A model generated the notes under the pieces. The model saw only the letters and a list, made by a program, of their open reading frames with translations. It made no database searches and had not been told where the DNA came from. Source: Macrostomum hystrix (taxonomy: Eukaryota; Animalia; Platyhelminthes). From it: DNA of 64,000 bases. A program made the position numbers and the translations under genes. Position 1 is the stretch's first letter; every line of letters starts with the position of its first letter. Shown here one piece after another: positions 36,576 through 49,500 of this stretch. Location of the stretch: the NCBI GenBank assembly GCA_950097015.1, contig CATNEN010000039.1, positions 18,910,001 through 18,974,000 on the forward strand, written 5' to 3'.

Positions 36576-37555
36576 GCGCGACCAAAGCACTGGCATAGTC
36601 AAACTCTTTAACAAAAACTTTAATCTGAAATAGCCAGAGATAGTTCAAGTTGTCTATGATTCAAAGCAAAGCTATAGCGGTGAAAAGTGCAAATCATATT
36701 TAAGCCATTGACGTTTTTGGGTAGCACACAGCTGAACACCCGAGCAGCGTTAAGAAGTGGCTAAACTGCTTTGATTGCCTTTGCTTTTTTCTACTTTTAT
36801 GTACTGAGTGCTTTGATTCTTATTCTTTTTGCTTAACCAATAAATAATTGTCAGAGTTCGGACTTTAAATACCAGCTAGATTGCTTCTAGATGTCAAGTA
36901 ATTAATTAAAGCAAAGGTTTTCAAATATTCTTAATCAACACGGAGCTTTTCTATGCCAATTTCATATTTATTAAGCTACTTTTGATGCTACTTTAAGTAG
37001 CATAGCCAGTACTGCAAACGTGTTTAGAGAGGGCTGACATTAATTCAGCCGGAAATGTGACCATCCGCAATTCATTGCGTTGGTGGGTGAAGCGATGCGG
37101 GCGCGTACGGGTACAACCGCTATTAGTAAACAAGTTGGGAGTTGAGTTTGTTCTTGTGCGGTGCTGCAGGTCCCAGCATGGATCGGTGCGGCTGCTTATT
37201 TGGAACGCGCTAGAAAAGGGTTGATTCAAGTAACGGCAGTTTTACTGGTTTTGTGCTTTCTTTAGTTTAGCTAGTTCAGGCAAAGTTAGAGCGCAACAGT
37301 TGAAATGATATTAATAATAATAATGATTTGCTATAATAGTACAATAAACTACGGTGTCAGAGTAAATCAATGAAAAATACCATTCTAAAAACAACTACCA
37401 CACCGATCAGTTACAGTTAAAGATCATTTAGATTGAGGAAAATTTCTCAGTACATAGGAGAGAAGCGAATAGGAAGCTGTCAAGGAACCAGGGCCTAAAC
37501 CACAATGAAAATTTTAATCAGTCAATAGACACTCCGCTAGTTGTAAGATTGCAAT

Positions 37556-38707
37556 TCACTCTGCAGACACTACGGCAGTCTGGTCCCCATTTTCCACAGG
37601 GCGCGACTCCACAGTTGACACGTCATCTGCAGCGGCTTGCTGCTGCTGCTGCGACGGCTTATCCACAGCCTCAGCGGTAGCTGCGCCGCTGCTATTAGAG
37701 CTGCTGCTGTTGTTCTCGTTCTCCTTCTCCTCGGCCTCATCCCAGCCTCCGGTGCCGTTGCGTCTTTTGCGCTGGGTAAATCGCGGTCGACGGCGCGTGT
37801 TTCGGCCGCCCTTCCGCTGTTGCTTGGCAAGCAACTCCTTTGACGACTCATCGCCAGGCTGTTGACGGGACTGCATAACCTTCAGGCTCGAGTCCAGCAG
37901 GTCGCGCAGTGCGGCAACATCGACGGCTGGCACGATGACGATGCTGCGAAAGTCTCGAGTCACGTGCGACATCTTCAGATAGTGGGCAGCATCTTCTCGA
38001 ATCAAATCCAGATAGAACTTCGACCCATCCGACACTTGTAGAGACTCCGTGTGGTAGAGTGGCGTCTCCGTGGTGACCAAGTCGGCCAGGGCAGAGCGGA
38101 ACTTGGCCAGACAGCCCGGCTCCATGGGCAGCAGGACGCTGCTCAGCTCTCTTCGCTCCTGCGGGTCACGGGATCGACTCTCGGCTAGGATCTTCAGGCC
38201 GTGCTGCTGAGGCTGACCTGGGAGTGGTACAATCAGCGCTTTGAAGACGGTGTCTTCGAAGGCTAATCCCTGGCTAATTGTCGGCAGCTGGCTGCCGCTG
38301 CCCGGCTTCCATTTGATCAGCTTGCGCAGTCGTTGCACAAGCTTCACCGCCTGAAGCTCAGGTAGAGTTACCGTAGACGCAGCGATGGCTTCAGAGTCCT
38401 CTCCAGAACCGCTGGTTAGCACCAGAAGTTGCTGCTGCTTCTGCTTGCCCTGCTGTTGCTGCTGTACGACGCTGATGGTGAGAACCTGTTGCTCGTCCTC
38501 GGCTCCACTGCCAGCTAGCTGGATGCTGACGGGCTTAAACTGGCGGTTCAGCTGTCGAGTGGGCAGTTTGGTTGGCTGACGGCCTCGCTGGTACTCCACC
38601 ACGGCCTGGTCCATGGGATGCATGCCATAATAGCCGTAGGGTAGATTACGAACGTCGTAGAAGTAGCCGCGCTTGCTACTGTTGTTGTTGTACATGGTGA
38701 AGGCCAT
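37556..38707 (-). CDS. Intronless divergent PUR-repeat (PurA-like) nucleic-acid-binding protein, 383 aa
   Basis: YHTESLQVSDGSKFYLDLIREDAAHYLKMSHVTRDFRSIVIVPAVDVAALRDLL fits a PUR repeat (KRFYLDVK....FLKI.E......I.L......FRD.L). Two weaker upstream repeats end AKFRSALADLV and VKLVQRLRKLI. Basic tail RKGGRNTRRRPRFTQRKRR. Confidence 0.7.
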   Translation of the reverse strand: MAFTMYNNNSSKRGYFYDVRNLPYGYYGMHPMDQAVVEYQRGRQPTKLPTRQLNRQFKPVSIQLAGSGAEDEQQVLTISVVQQQQQGKQKQQQLLVLTSGSGEDSEAIAASTVTLPELQAVKLVQRLRKLIKWKPGSGSQLPTISQGLAFEDTVFKALIVPLPGQPQQHGLKILAESRSRDPQERRELSSVLLPMEPGCLAKFRSALADLVTTETPLYHTESLQVSDGSKFYLDLIREDAAHYLKMSHVTRDFRSIVIVPAVDVAALRDLLDSSLKVMQSRQQPGDESSKELLAKQQRKGGRNTRRRPRFTQRKRRNGTGGWDEAEEKENENNSSSSNSSGAATAEAVDKPSQQQQQAAADDVSTVESRPVENGDQTAVVSAE

Positions 38708-39239
38708 AACTTCAGTGCAAAGTATATTTTGGACAAGTATTTAATATGCTGTTCACGGGTAGAAATGAATTCTCAATTTACGCTTTAGTCTCGCTCTAGA
38801 GCGAATTTTCTGCCACTTTAACCCGTTCTAGGAGGACAGGTCCACCGCCCCTGGGTTTGGCCATGGACGGCAGTTGATAAATGTCTATGGCCTTAAACCC
38901 TGGGTCCACCCGGCCTCTGGCTTGCGAGAGGAGAGTAAACTTATTGACACTAGCTAGCATTAAAAATAAAAGTACAAAGTCTCAGACAAAACTTTTTTGC
39001 CCGCGTTTAGTAAAAGTACGTTTTAGTTCAACTCTATAGTTCAACATGGAAATTGAAGAAAACTTCAGTTTCGTATGCGAAGATCTAAGAAGAGAGTATA
39101 GGTGGAAGGATCACATATTACCTCGTACTATCTATATATATAAAAGTGAAAACTCTGTCTTACTAATATAAAAAGGAAAATAAAATACGTTGGAAAGAAA
39201 AAGTAAATAAATATTATTACTGAATAAAAATTAGAAAAT

Positions 39240-39430
39240 GCATGGAACCATCACTTATAACCTGAGGCACAGCCACAGCTATTGCTGTTCAGTCCATGGA
39301 CTAGGGGCCGCCATACCAGAAGAGATACATTTTTGCCTAGAGACACAGAAAATACCTCGTACAGTTTACCAAGGACTGAGATTCGAACATCAAATGTCTC
39401 GGCTGGCAGTCCAGTGCTCTACCGACTTCA
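39240..39430 (-). mobile_element. tRNA-derived SINE (internally shortened)
   Basis: B-box-like GTTCGAATC on minus strand (~39380-39388) and shared GCTGTTCAGTCCATGGACT motif. Confidence 0.5.
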
Positions 39431-41277
39431 AATTATAATATAGTGTTAAATTTAGTTCGTAAACATAAACAAAGTATCATGCCATATTTCATCGTAAAAA
39501 TACGTAACATCGAATCCTTTACCTGGCATTTTTTAACCACCAAGTTCCTTCTCATAGTCTAGTAAGCTTAGCTACTAGCTTAGCTTAGCTACTTAGTCAA
39601 AATAGTCTCGTCCTTTATAATACGAAGACAGAAACTAGCTTTATCAAGCATTTTCTAGGCTTAACAGGTAATAGCATAAGTCACCACCAGAATTATCTTG
39701 GTTTAGGTACTGGACTTTTGGTAGAAAATCATATCTATCAGCTGACTAGTGTACTTTAAAAAATTAAAGACGATAAGGTGCCATGATTTCAGAAATGTTA
39801 TCGAACTAAATAATCATATTTTGGATTCATTAAAAACCGGCTTAAACTGGATTAGTTAATTAATGTAACCCCATTGCCTGTAGGTTGTTGTATAGCTCAA
39901 TTTAATTACAGTATTTTATGTCACAGACGGTCGTTAACTTCCCGAGCCGGATGACAGTCCAATCGACTGCTGGTCTGATCATTTTGATTTATGATCTCCT
40001 TAATAATTATTATTATATATTTTTTTTGTCTGGTCTCGCTAAGATTTCGTCCCATATTATCGGCACGAGATGAAGGAAGATGTTATATATAAGTGTCATG
40101 CATGATCATTAAGCTGATTAAATTTATTGCACCTCCTTGTGTTATCATTAATGATTCAGTCGGTCTGTTATTTTCAATTTTTTCACATTTCATCGAAGGC
40201 GGCAATTCGCCTTTGATCTATTGAATTGGCCGCTAATAATGCCAATATTAATGACTAGGCCATGACGCACCCGATGTGATCTACTGTTGTGAAAAATGAG
40301 TCAGTAATAAATATTCTATTCCTGGCGAAAATCCACAGGTTAAAACGCGACTTCGTACATTTGGACAGCTCAATTTAATGGTAACTTGAAATCATTGCAA
40401 AGAAGTGAGAGCTGTGATAGTGAGTGTGTTTGGACTCTAAATGCCTTCGCTTGGTATGGGTTAGAGATGGGTTATAATGATAAAGAGACAATGTGGATCG
40501 GAAATTGAAAGTTGAAAGCCGCAATCGCTTGCAGACATTGCGCGGCGTATCTGAAGGCTGCGCACTGTCCAAGGACTGGGGGTACCCATGTACCCAGCCT
40601 CAATTGACCCAGCAAAAGCTGGCAGCCCATTTGATGAAATCACAAAATCAATGTGAAAAAATTAATTTTTCTCCATGAAATCATCAAACCGCAGATCCCT
40701 CTCGCTCGCGACGCATGCCACGTGATGCAAGGGTCAATCAAGGTGCTTGCCCATTAACTGCCCATCCTGCAGTTGAACCAGAAGCCTGTAAATATTTTCA
40801 CAACTAGCATGCACAATATCTCAGTTTACTGTCGCTAATTTCGGAGCTTCTCGGGTTTAAAGGGGTTTAAAATCGTACGCCCACCATGCGGCTTGACTGG
40901 GCCCTCCTGCTGTTGGAATTTATATGGCTCATGTTTAGATTGTTATTGGGCTGGTCATTTCAGAAACAATGCCAGAAAATGATTGCCCCAGGCAGTTCCC
41001 AAGCTATCTAGGCGCCGCACACCTAGCAGCAGTGGCCAAATTGTTGAGGCATGCGGCTCGCCTGTAAATAGGCATCAATCGTAAACATGTTTTAGGGCTG
41101 GCATCGCGGGCCCGATGCCAAATAGAGAGGCTGCACCGGGTGGGCCGATGGTACCAGATCTGCGGCAACATAATTAATATGCGCGTTCTCAAATTCAGAG
41201 GTGAGACTAAAAGTGTGCAAGTGTAAGATGAGGGAGGCAAAGAATGACAAGAATAGAAGGAGAATAGATCACTAACT

Positions 41278-42860
41278 AGTAGGGTGAGATGAAGGGAGGC
41301 AGAGGTTACAGGAGTCGAATGAGACTGCATCAATAGTATGGTGAGATGAAGGGAGGCACAGGTGGCAGGAGTCGAATGAGACTGCATCAATAGTAGGGTG
41401 AGATGAAGGGAGGCAGAGGTTACAGGAGTCGAATGAGACTGCATCAATAGTATGGTGAGATGAAGGGAGGCAGAGGTGACAGGAGTCGAATGAGACTGCA
41501 TCAATAGTAGGGTGAGATGAAGGGAGGCAGAGGTGACAGGAGTCGAATGAGACTGCATCAATAGTAGGGTGAGATGAAGGGAGGCAGAGGTGACAGGAGT
41601 CGAATGAGACTGCATCAATAGTAGGGTGAGATGAAGGGAGGCAGAGGTGACAGGAGTCGAATGAGACTGCATCAATAGTAGGGTGAGATGAAGGGAGGCA
41701 GAGGTAACAGGAGTCGAATGAGACTGCATCAATAGTATGGTGAGATGAAGGGAGGCAGAGGTGACAGGAGTCGAATGAGACTGCATCAATAGTAGGGTGA
41801 GATGAAGGGAGGCAGAGGTGACAGGAGTCGAATGAGACTGCATCAATAGTAGGGTGAGATGAAGGGAGGCAGAGGTGACAGGAATCGAATGAGACTGCAT
41901 CAATAGTATGGTGAGATGAAGGGAGGCACAGGTGGCAGGAGTCGAATGAGACTGCATCAATATTAGGGTGAGATGAAGGGAGGCAGAGGTGACAGGAGTC
42001 GAATGAGACTGCATCAATAGTAGGGTGAGATGAAGGGAGGCAGAGGTGACATGAATCGAATGAGACTGCATCAATAGTAGGGTGAGATGAAGGGAGGCAG
42101 AGGTGACAGGAATCGAATGAGACTGCATCAATAGTAGGGTGAGATGAAGGGAGGCAGAGGTACCAGGAGTCGAATGAGACTGCATCAATAGTAGGGTGAG
42201 ATGAAGGGAGGCAGAGGTGACAGGAGTCGAATGAGACTGCATCAATAGTAGGGTGAGATGAAGGGAGGCAGAGGTGAAAGGAGTCGAATGAGACTGCATC
42301 AATAGTAGGGTGAGATGAAGGGAGGCAGAGGTGACAGGAGTCGAATGAGACTGCATCAATAGTATGGTGAGATGAAGGGAGGCACAGGTGGCAGGAGTCG
42401 AATGAGACTGCATCAATAGTAGGGTGAGATGAAGGGAGGCACAGGTGGCAGGAGTCGAATGAGACTGCATCAATAGTAGGGTGAGATGAAGGGAGGCAGA
42501 GGTACCAGGAGTCGAATGAGACTGCATCAATAGTACGGTGAGATGAAGGGAGGCAGAGGTGAAAGGAGTCGAATGAGACTGCATCAATAGTAGGGTGAGA
42601 TGAAGGGAGGCAGAGGTGACAGGAGTCGAATGAGACTGCATCAATAGTATGGTGAGATGAAGGGAGGCACAGGTGGCAGGAGTCGAATGAGACTGCATCA
42701 ATAGTAGGGTGAGATGAAGGGAGGCACAGGTGGCAGGAGTCGAATGAGACTGCATCAATAGTAGGGTGAGATGAAGGGAGGCAGAGGTACCAGGAGTCGA
42801 ATGAGACTGCATCAATAGTACGGTGAGATGAAGGGAGGCAGAGGTGACAGGAGTCGAATG
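41278..42860. repeat. 57-bp minisatellite (~28 units)
   Basis: AGTAGGGTGAGATGAAGGGAGGCAGAGGTGACAGGAGTCGAATGAGACTGCATCAAT; explains the 603-aa minus-strand ORF. Confidence 0.97.
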
Positions 42861-43501
42861 ACGTCAGTAAATGACAGCGAAGCGAATCTATGATATAGCG
42901 ATAAAAAGAAAATTAAAATTTTTATTGCTTTAATTGTTGAGACCCAGGTGTTAAGCGATTCAAATCTAAAATTGACCTACGTTGTAAGTACCTGGTAGCA
43001 ATTGGTGCATCATTCAGGTAGCAAGGCGAGAGTTAAAAACGCGAATCGGTGCACATTGTAAATGCTCGTTATTATTGCAATTAACAGCCGCGGCTTGTGT
43101 CCAGGCCTGTGCTGTACTCGTAAATTATATTCCCTCCCCTCGCCAAGTGTAAAATCGTTCTAAACGAGGACGCAACAAATTTGTTGAGTTTGTGGGTGCA
43201 TTGGGCCGGCGGCCCTACTCACAGGGAGTGACGTGGCGCTGCCCACCCTTGCAGCCTCCGAGCGTCATCAAGCCATCAAGCCATGCCTCCATGACCAAAT
43301 AAAACTTTATGATGTGTTCTTCGCACCCACCCCCAGCCCCGTGCTCCCTGCTCCACTGCCAAGACATTAATGCACCTGGGCCGCACCTCGACCTCGGCAG
43401 CGGAATTCTATTTAAGATGGAGCCCTCCGCGCTCAGTAGTCCAGCAGATCAGTTGCGCCAGATCCCGAGAATCGATCCGAGCCCCTCTAGACAATTTTGT
43501 G

Positions 43502-46500
43502 ATGATTTGGCCTCTGCTGCTCCTGCTGCTCTGGTGGCCTGCAAATGCCGTTGCTTCGATTTCATTGTCGGAGATGGAACTGGCCAGGGCGGCCTACAGT
43601 CACGTGATGGGCCTCGCCTGCGACCTGACCGAGGTCACGAGCCCCGACGAGTGCCGCGATGTGCAGGCGCTGCCGCGGTCAGAGTTCCGCGTGCACCTGG
43701 CCAAGCCGTCTACCTGGACTCGCTACCGGTTGAAGGTGCTGCAGCAGAGACGATTACTTCACGCCAGGGATGGCGTTCTCGTACTGGACCCGTTCCCGAG
43801 GCGACAGTTCGGCCACCTGCTGTTCGTCTTCTTCCTGCACTCCCGATTCGACCGACACGGCTGCCGCAGGCTAGCCGGAACCACTCTAGGTGAGCTGCAC
43901 TAGGATTAGCCGGTGCAATTAGAGGGATCTGAGGATTTAGAAATTTGGAATCTGAGGATTTAGAAATTAGGAATCTGAGGATTTAGAAATTAGGGATCTG
44001 AGGATTTAGAAATTAGGAATCTGAGGATTTAGAAATTTGGGATCTGAGGATGTAGAAATTAGGGATTTGAGGATTTACAAATTAGGTCTCTGAGGATTGT
44101 TTTTTATGATCAGAGAATTCAGTGCAGTTAAATGTCGTCAACAAAATCTTCGGACGTCACTAACGCAGCAAGCGGAGGCTGCCTCTACCCTGCGGCCATC
44201 CCGCACTGCCGCACCTCGCTGTTCTGGCGAGCCACCCACGGCCAGCCGGCCTACCGGCACTGCGAGCACCACTTCCTGCCGCTGGTGGCCTACGAGACTG
44301 ACACCGAGACCTCGCACCTAACCCAGCGCCTCACCTGCGCCCCAGTTCCCGGCTTTGCCGCCTGCCCGCCGGCCTACCCGTTCTCCAGGCGGCCGCAGTG
44401 TCCGCTGGCAATTTCGTCGGCCGCCGCCTCTGGAGCTGCGTCGCATCACGATGGTGTCCGCTCAGCTGCGGGCTGTCCCAGCCTGACCGACGTGACAGCG
44501 CATTGTCCGCTGGAGCAAAGCTGCGACCAAGCCGTGCTGGTTGCTGGCGGCTGGAATCCGGACGCCGGGCTGGACTCCACCGAGGCGGCGGTGTCGAGGG
44601 TGCACGCCAAGCTGCGAGATGTCGGCTTCTCGGCCGCCGCCGTGCAGACCTTCTACGCTGACCGGCGCTCGCGCCGTCTCTCTGACACAGTCGCCGAGAA
44701 TCTGCACGCGGCCGGCGGCATGAAAGTTGCCTTTCAGCAGCACCTGCAGCGGCTCTGCCGCACCGACTACTGCGTCAACAATCTGGTGATCTACTTGCGC
44801 AGTCCCGCACTGCTCGACGGATCTCTGCTGCTCTGGGACTTCAACAATGACTACGATGTGAGAGCCTGTTCGTACTACTTAGCTAATAGTAATTGATTAC
44901 ACCTGCCCCAAGCGGGTCAGATCTGCAGCCGACAGCGCACAGTCGGAGCTATAGCGCTGCGTACGGCTGTTCAGTCCATGGACTGGGGGAACGCCACAGC
45001 CACCCTCAATTACCCCAGCTGAGGCTGGATACTCATTTAACAGGTGGGTGCTTAATGAATGCTTAGTATGATTTAGAGCATTGCTATAGGACACAAATTG
45101 TTCCGGTCGAGTCGGGAATCGAACCCACGACCTTAAAGGCGTGAGTCCTACGCATTAACTATCAGGCTACCAAATCCCCGCTGTAGCTACGCTTCAGATT
45201 CGAGCCCAGAACCTTGCTCTGAGAGTCGGACACGTTGCTGCTGAGCCACTCACGCCCTACTTCTACTACTTACATACTTGGCTAGTTAGTAGTGTCGATA
45301 AGAAATTTTGTCTTTTTTTATTGGACTTCAGAGAGACTAGCTGGGGTACAGGATGCGAGCCTCTCCTTTCCCCAGGTGTCTCGCGATGAGGAATACAGTC
45401 CGGAGGAGCTCCTGGCTGACCTGTCCCAGTGCAAGGCCAGCCGGGTGATTGTTTTCCTGGACACCAACTTCGCCGAGCGCCTCGCCGAGAAGCTGCGCGA
45501 CGCCCCCAATGTGGCGGTTCTGGCGGCCAGCTCAAAGAATGAATACGCGGCGGACCAGCTCATGTCTGAGGTGTTCTTCTCTAATTCTAGTCACCTGACC
45601 AGTCCTGGGACTCTAGCGCAGGTAGGATTGACACCTGTCACCTGTCACCTGACAACTGAGTTGACTCCATTCACACCAGTTTCACTCCATTCACACCTGT
45701 CTCACTCCATTCACACCAGTCTCACTCCATTCACACCTGTCTCACTCCATTCACACCTGTCTCACTCCATTCACACCTGTCTCACTCCATTCACACCTGT
45801 CTCACTCCATTCACACCAGTTTCACTCCATTCACACCTGTCTCACTCCATTCACACCTGTCTCACTCCATTCACACCTGTCTCACTCCATTCACACCTGT
45901 CTCACTCCATTCACACCTGTCTCACTCTATAGTAAAATTATAAATTTAAAAGTGTATTTAAAAACACTATTTTTTTACTAAAGTATGTTAGAAATAGCAC
46001 ATAAAAATCTCTGAACTGAAATCAATGACAAAATTCACATCAATCACATCTGTGCTAGTAATGAAGACGGAAACACAATCCTTTAAAGAAAAAACACACA
46101 CAGACAGAAGACAGAAGACATGGTTATACCAGGCAAATGTAGGTTTGCGACACAAACACAAACACACAAACCAGTAGATTTGTGAACAGGCAGAGAGGAA
46201 ATCATGAAATTGAATATTTTAGCCAGGCGGGGCCGAATTCAAGCTTTAGAATCTGGGCTTCTGGGTAGGTTCTTGCTTTTCTAGGAAAGTTTTAGAGAGA
46301 GCCAGAGGGATAGGGCGAGGGGCGAAGAGGAAAATGTGGCGATAATGAGAGATTTGCCTTTGGCGAAGCTGCACCCCCCCCGACTGCCACTGCCAACTGA
46401 CGGCTTCCTGGCGTGGTCTCGCTGACTGCTTGCCCGCGGTGGCCAGCAGCTGATGACTGCCTAGGCCTGCTTTGGTATCCAAGTTGGATGGACGGAGGGG

Positions 46501-49500
46501 ACAAGCGACTATAGGGGGGAATGTAGAGAGAACCTGTACTATAGTCTGACTCTTCTCCCTAACTGTTCTTTAACATCCCACTTCCTGGCACAGATTAGCG
46601 CAAACTCTTCAAGATATTTTACGCAATATCTCTAATCTCACTTCTCTCACTAATATTAATTAGAATCCGCCAATCTCGTATTATCCTTCTCCCTTCCTGC
46701 TAACTCATCTCTGCTCTCTCTCTAATCCATTTCTACTCTCTCTAATCCATTTATACTCTCTCTAATCCATCTCTAATCTCTCTAATCCATCTCTAATCTC
46801 TCTAATCCATCTCTAATCTCTCTAATCCATGTTTTCTCTCTCTAATCCATCTATAATCACTCTAATCCATCTCTAATCTCTCTAACCCATTTCTTCTCTC
46901 TCTAATCCATCTCTACTCTCTCTAACCCATTTCTACTCTCTCTAATCCATCTCTAATCTCTCTAATCCATCTCTAATCTCTCTAATCATCTCTATTCTCT
47001 CTAATCCATGTTTTCTCTCTCTAATCCATCTATAATCTCTCTAACCCATTTATACCCTCTCTAATCCATCTCTAATCTCTCTAATCCATCTCTAATCTCT
47101 CTAACCCATTTATACTCTCTCTAATCCATCTCTAATCTCTCTAATCCATCTCTAATCTCTCTAGTCATCTCTATTCTCTCTAATCCATGTTTTCTCTCTC
47201 TAATCCATCTATAATCTCTCTAACCCATTTATACCCTCTCTAATCCATCTCTAATCTCTCTAATCCATCTCTAATCTCTCTAATCCATCTCTAATCTCTC
47301 TAATCCATGTTTTCTCTCTCTAATCCATCTATAATCACTCAAATCCATCTCTAATCTCTCTAACCCATTTCTTCTCTCTCTAATCCATCTCTACTCTCTC
47401 TAACCCATTTCTACTCTCTCTAATCCTTCTCTACTCTCTCTAACCCATTTCTACTCTCTCTAATCCATCTCTACTCTCTCTAACCCATTTCTACTCTCTC
47501 TAATCCATCTCTACTCTCTCTAACCCATTTCTACTCTCTCTAATACATCTCTAATCTCTTTAATCCATCTCTACTCTCTCTAATCCATCTCTACCCTCTC
47601 TAATCCATCTCTACTCTCTCTAATCCATCTCTACCCTCTCTAATCCATCTCTACTCTCTCTAATCCGTTTCTACTCTCTCTAATCCATCTCTAATCTCTC
47701 TAATCATCTCTATTCTCTCTAATCATCTCTAATCTCTCTAATCCATCTCTACTCTCTCTAATCCATCTCTAATCTCTCTAATCATCTCTATTCTCTCTAA
47801 TCCGTTTCTACTCTCTCTAACCCATTTATACCCTCTCTAATCCATCTCTAATCTCTCTAATCCATCTCTAATCTCTCTAATCCATCTCTAATCTCTCTAA
47901 TCCATTTCTTCTCTCTCTAATCCATCTCTACTCTCTCTAACCCATTTCTACTCTCTCTAATCCATCTCTACTCTCTCTAACCCATTTCTACTCTCTCTAA
48001 TCCATCTCTACTCTCTCTAACCCATTTATACTCTCTCTAATCCATCTCTAATCTCTCTAATCTATCTCTAATCTCTCTAATCATCTCTATTCTCTCTAAT
48101 CCATGTTTTCTCTCTCTAACCCATTTCTACTCTCTCTAATCCATCTCTAATCTCTCTAACCCATTTATACCCTCTCTAATCCATCTCTAATCTCTCTAAT
48201 CCATCTCTAATCTCTCTAATCCATCTCTAATCTCTCTAATCCATGTTTTCTCTCTCTAATCCATCTATAATCACTCTAATCCATCTCTACTCTCTCTAAC
48301 CCATTTCTACTCTCTCTAATCCTTCTCTACTCTCTCTAACCCATTTCTACTCTCTCTAATCCATCTATAATCACTCCAATCCATCTCTACTCTCTCTAAT
48401 CCGTTTCTACTCTCTCTAACCCATTTCTACTCTCTCTAATACATCTCTAATCTCTTTAATCCATCTCTAATCTCTCTAATCCATCTCTAATCTCTCTAAT
48501 CCATGTTTTCTCTCTCTAATCCATCTATAATCACTCTAATCCATCTCTAATCTCTCTAACCCATTTCTTCTCTCTCTAATCCATCTCTACTCTCTCTAAC
48601 CCATTTCTACTCTCTCTAATCCTTCTCTACTCTCTCTAACCCATTTCTACTCTCTCTAATCCATCTCTACTCTCTCTAACCCATTTCTACTCTCTCTAAT
48701 CCATCTCTACTCTCTCTAACCCATTTCTACTCTCTCTAATACATCTCTAATCTCTTTAATCCATCTCTACTCTCTCTAATCCATCTCTACCCTCTCTAAT
48801 CCATCTCTACTCTCTCTAATCCGTTTCTACTCTCTCTAATCCATCTCTAATCTCTCTAATCATCTCTATTCTCTCTAATCATCTCTAATCTCTCTAATCC
48901 ATCTCTACTCTCTCTAATCCATCTCTAATCTCTCTAATCATCTCTATTCTCTCTAATCCGTTTCTACTCTCTCTAACCCATTTATACTCTCTCTAATCCA
49001 TCTCTACTCTCTCTAATCCATCTCTAATCTCTCTAATCCATCTCTAATCTCTCTAATCCATGTTTTCTCTCTCTAATCCATCTATAATCTCTCTAATCCA
49101 TCTCTAATCTCTCTAACCCATTTCTTCTCTCTCTAATCCATCTCTACTCTCTCTAACCCATTTCTACTCTCTCTAATCCTTCTCTACTCTCTCTAACCCA
49201 TTTCTACTCTCTCTAATCCATCTCTACTCTCTCTAACCCATTTCTACTCTCTCTAATCCATCTCTACTCTCTCTAACCCATTTCTACTCTCTCTAATACA
49301 TCTCTAATCTCTTTAATCCATCTCTACTCTCTCTAATCCATCTCTACCCTCTCTAATCCATCTCTACTCTCTCTAATCCGTTTCTACTCTCTCTAATCCA
49401 TCTCTAATCTCTCTAATCATCTCTATTCTCTCTAATCATCTCTAATCTCTCTAATCCATCTCTACTCTCTCTAATCCATCTCTAATCTCTCTAATCATCT

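Noticed and set aside
40886-41220. Short hydrophobic ORF MRLDWALLLLEF...
   Set aside because: Stops after ~41 codons, and no consistent exon chain could be built.
41004-42815. 603-aa minus-strand repeat protein
   Set aside because: Translation of a 57-bp minisatellite with no ATG at the track start and no domain.
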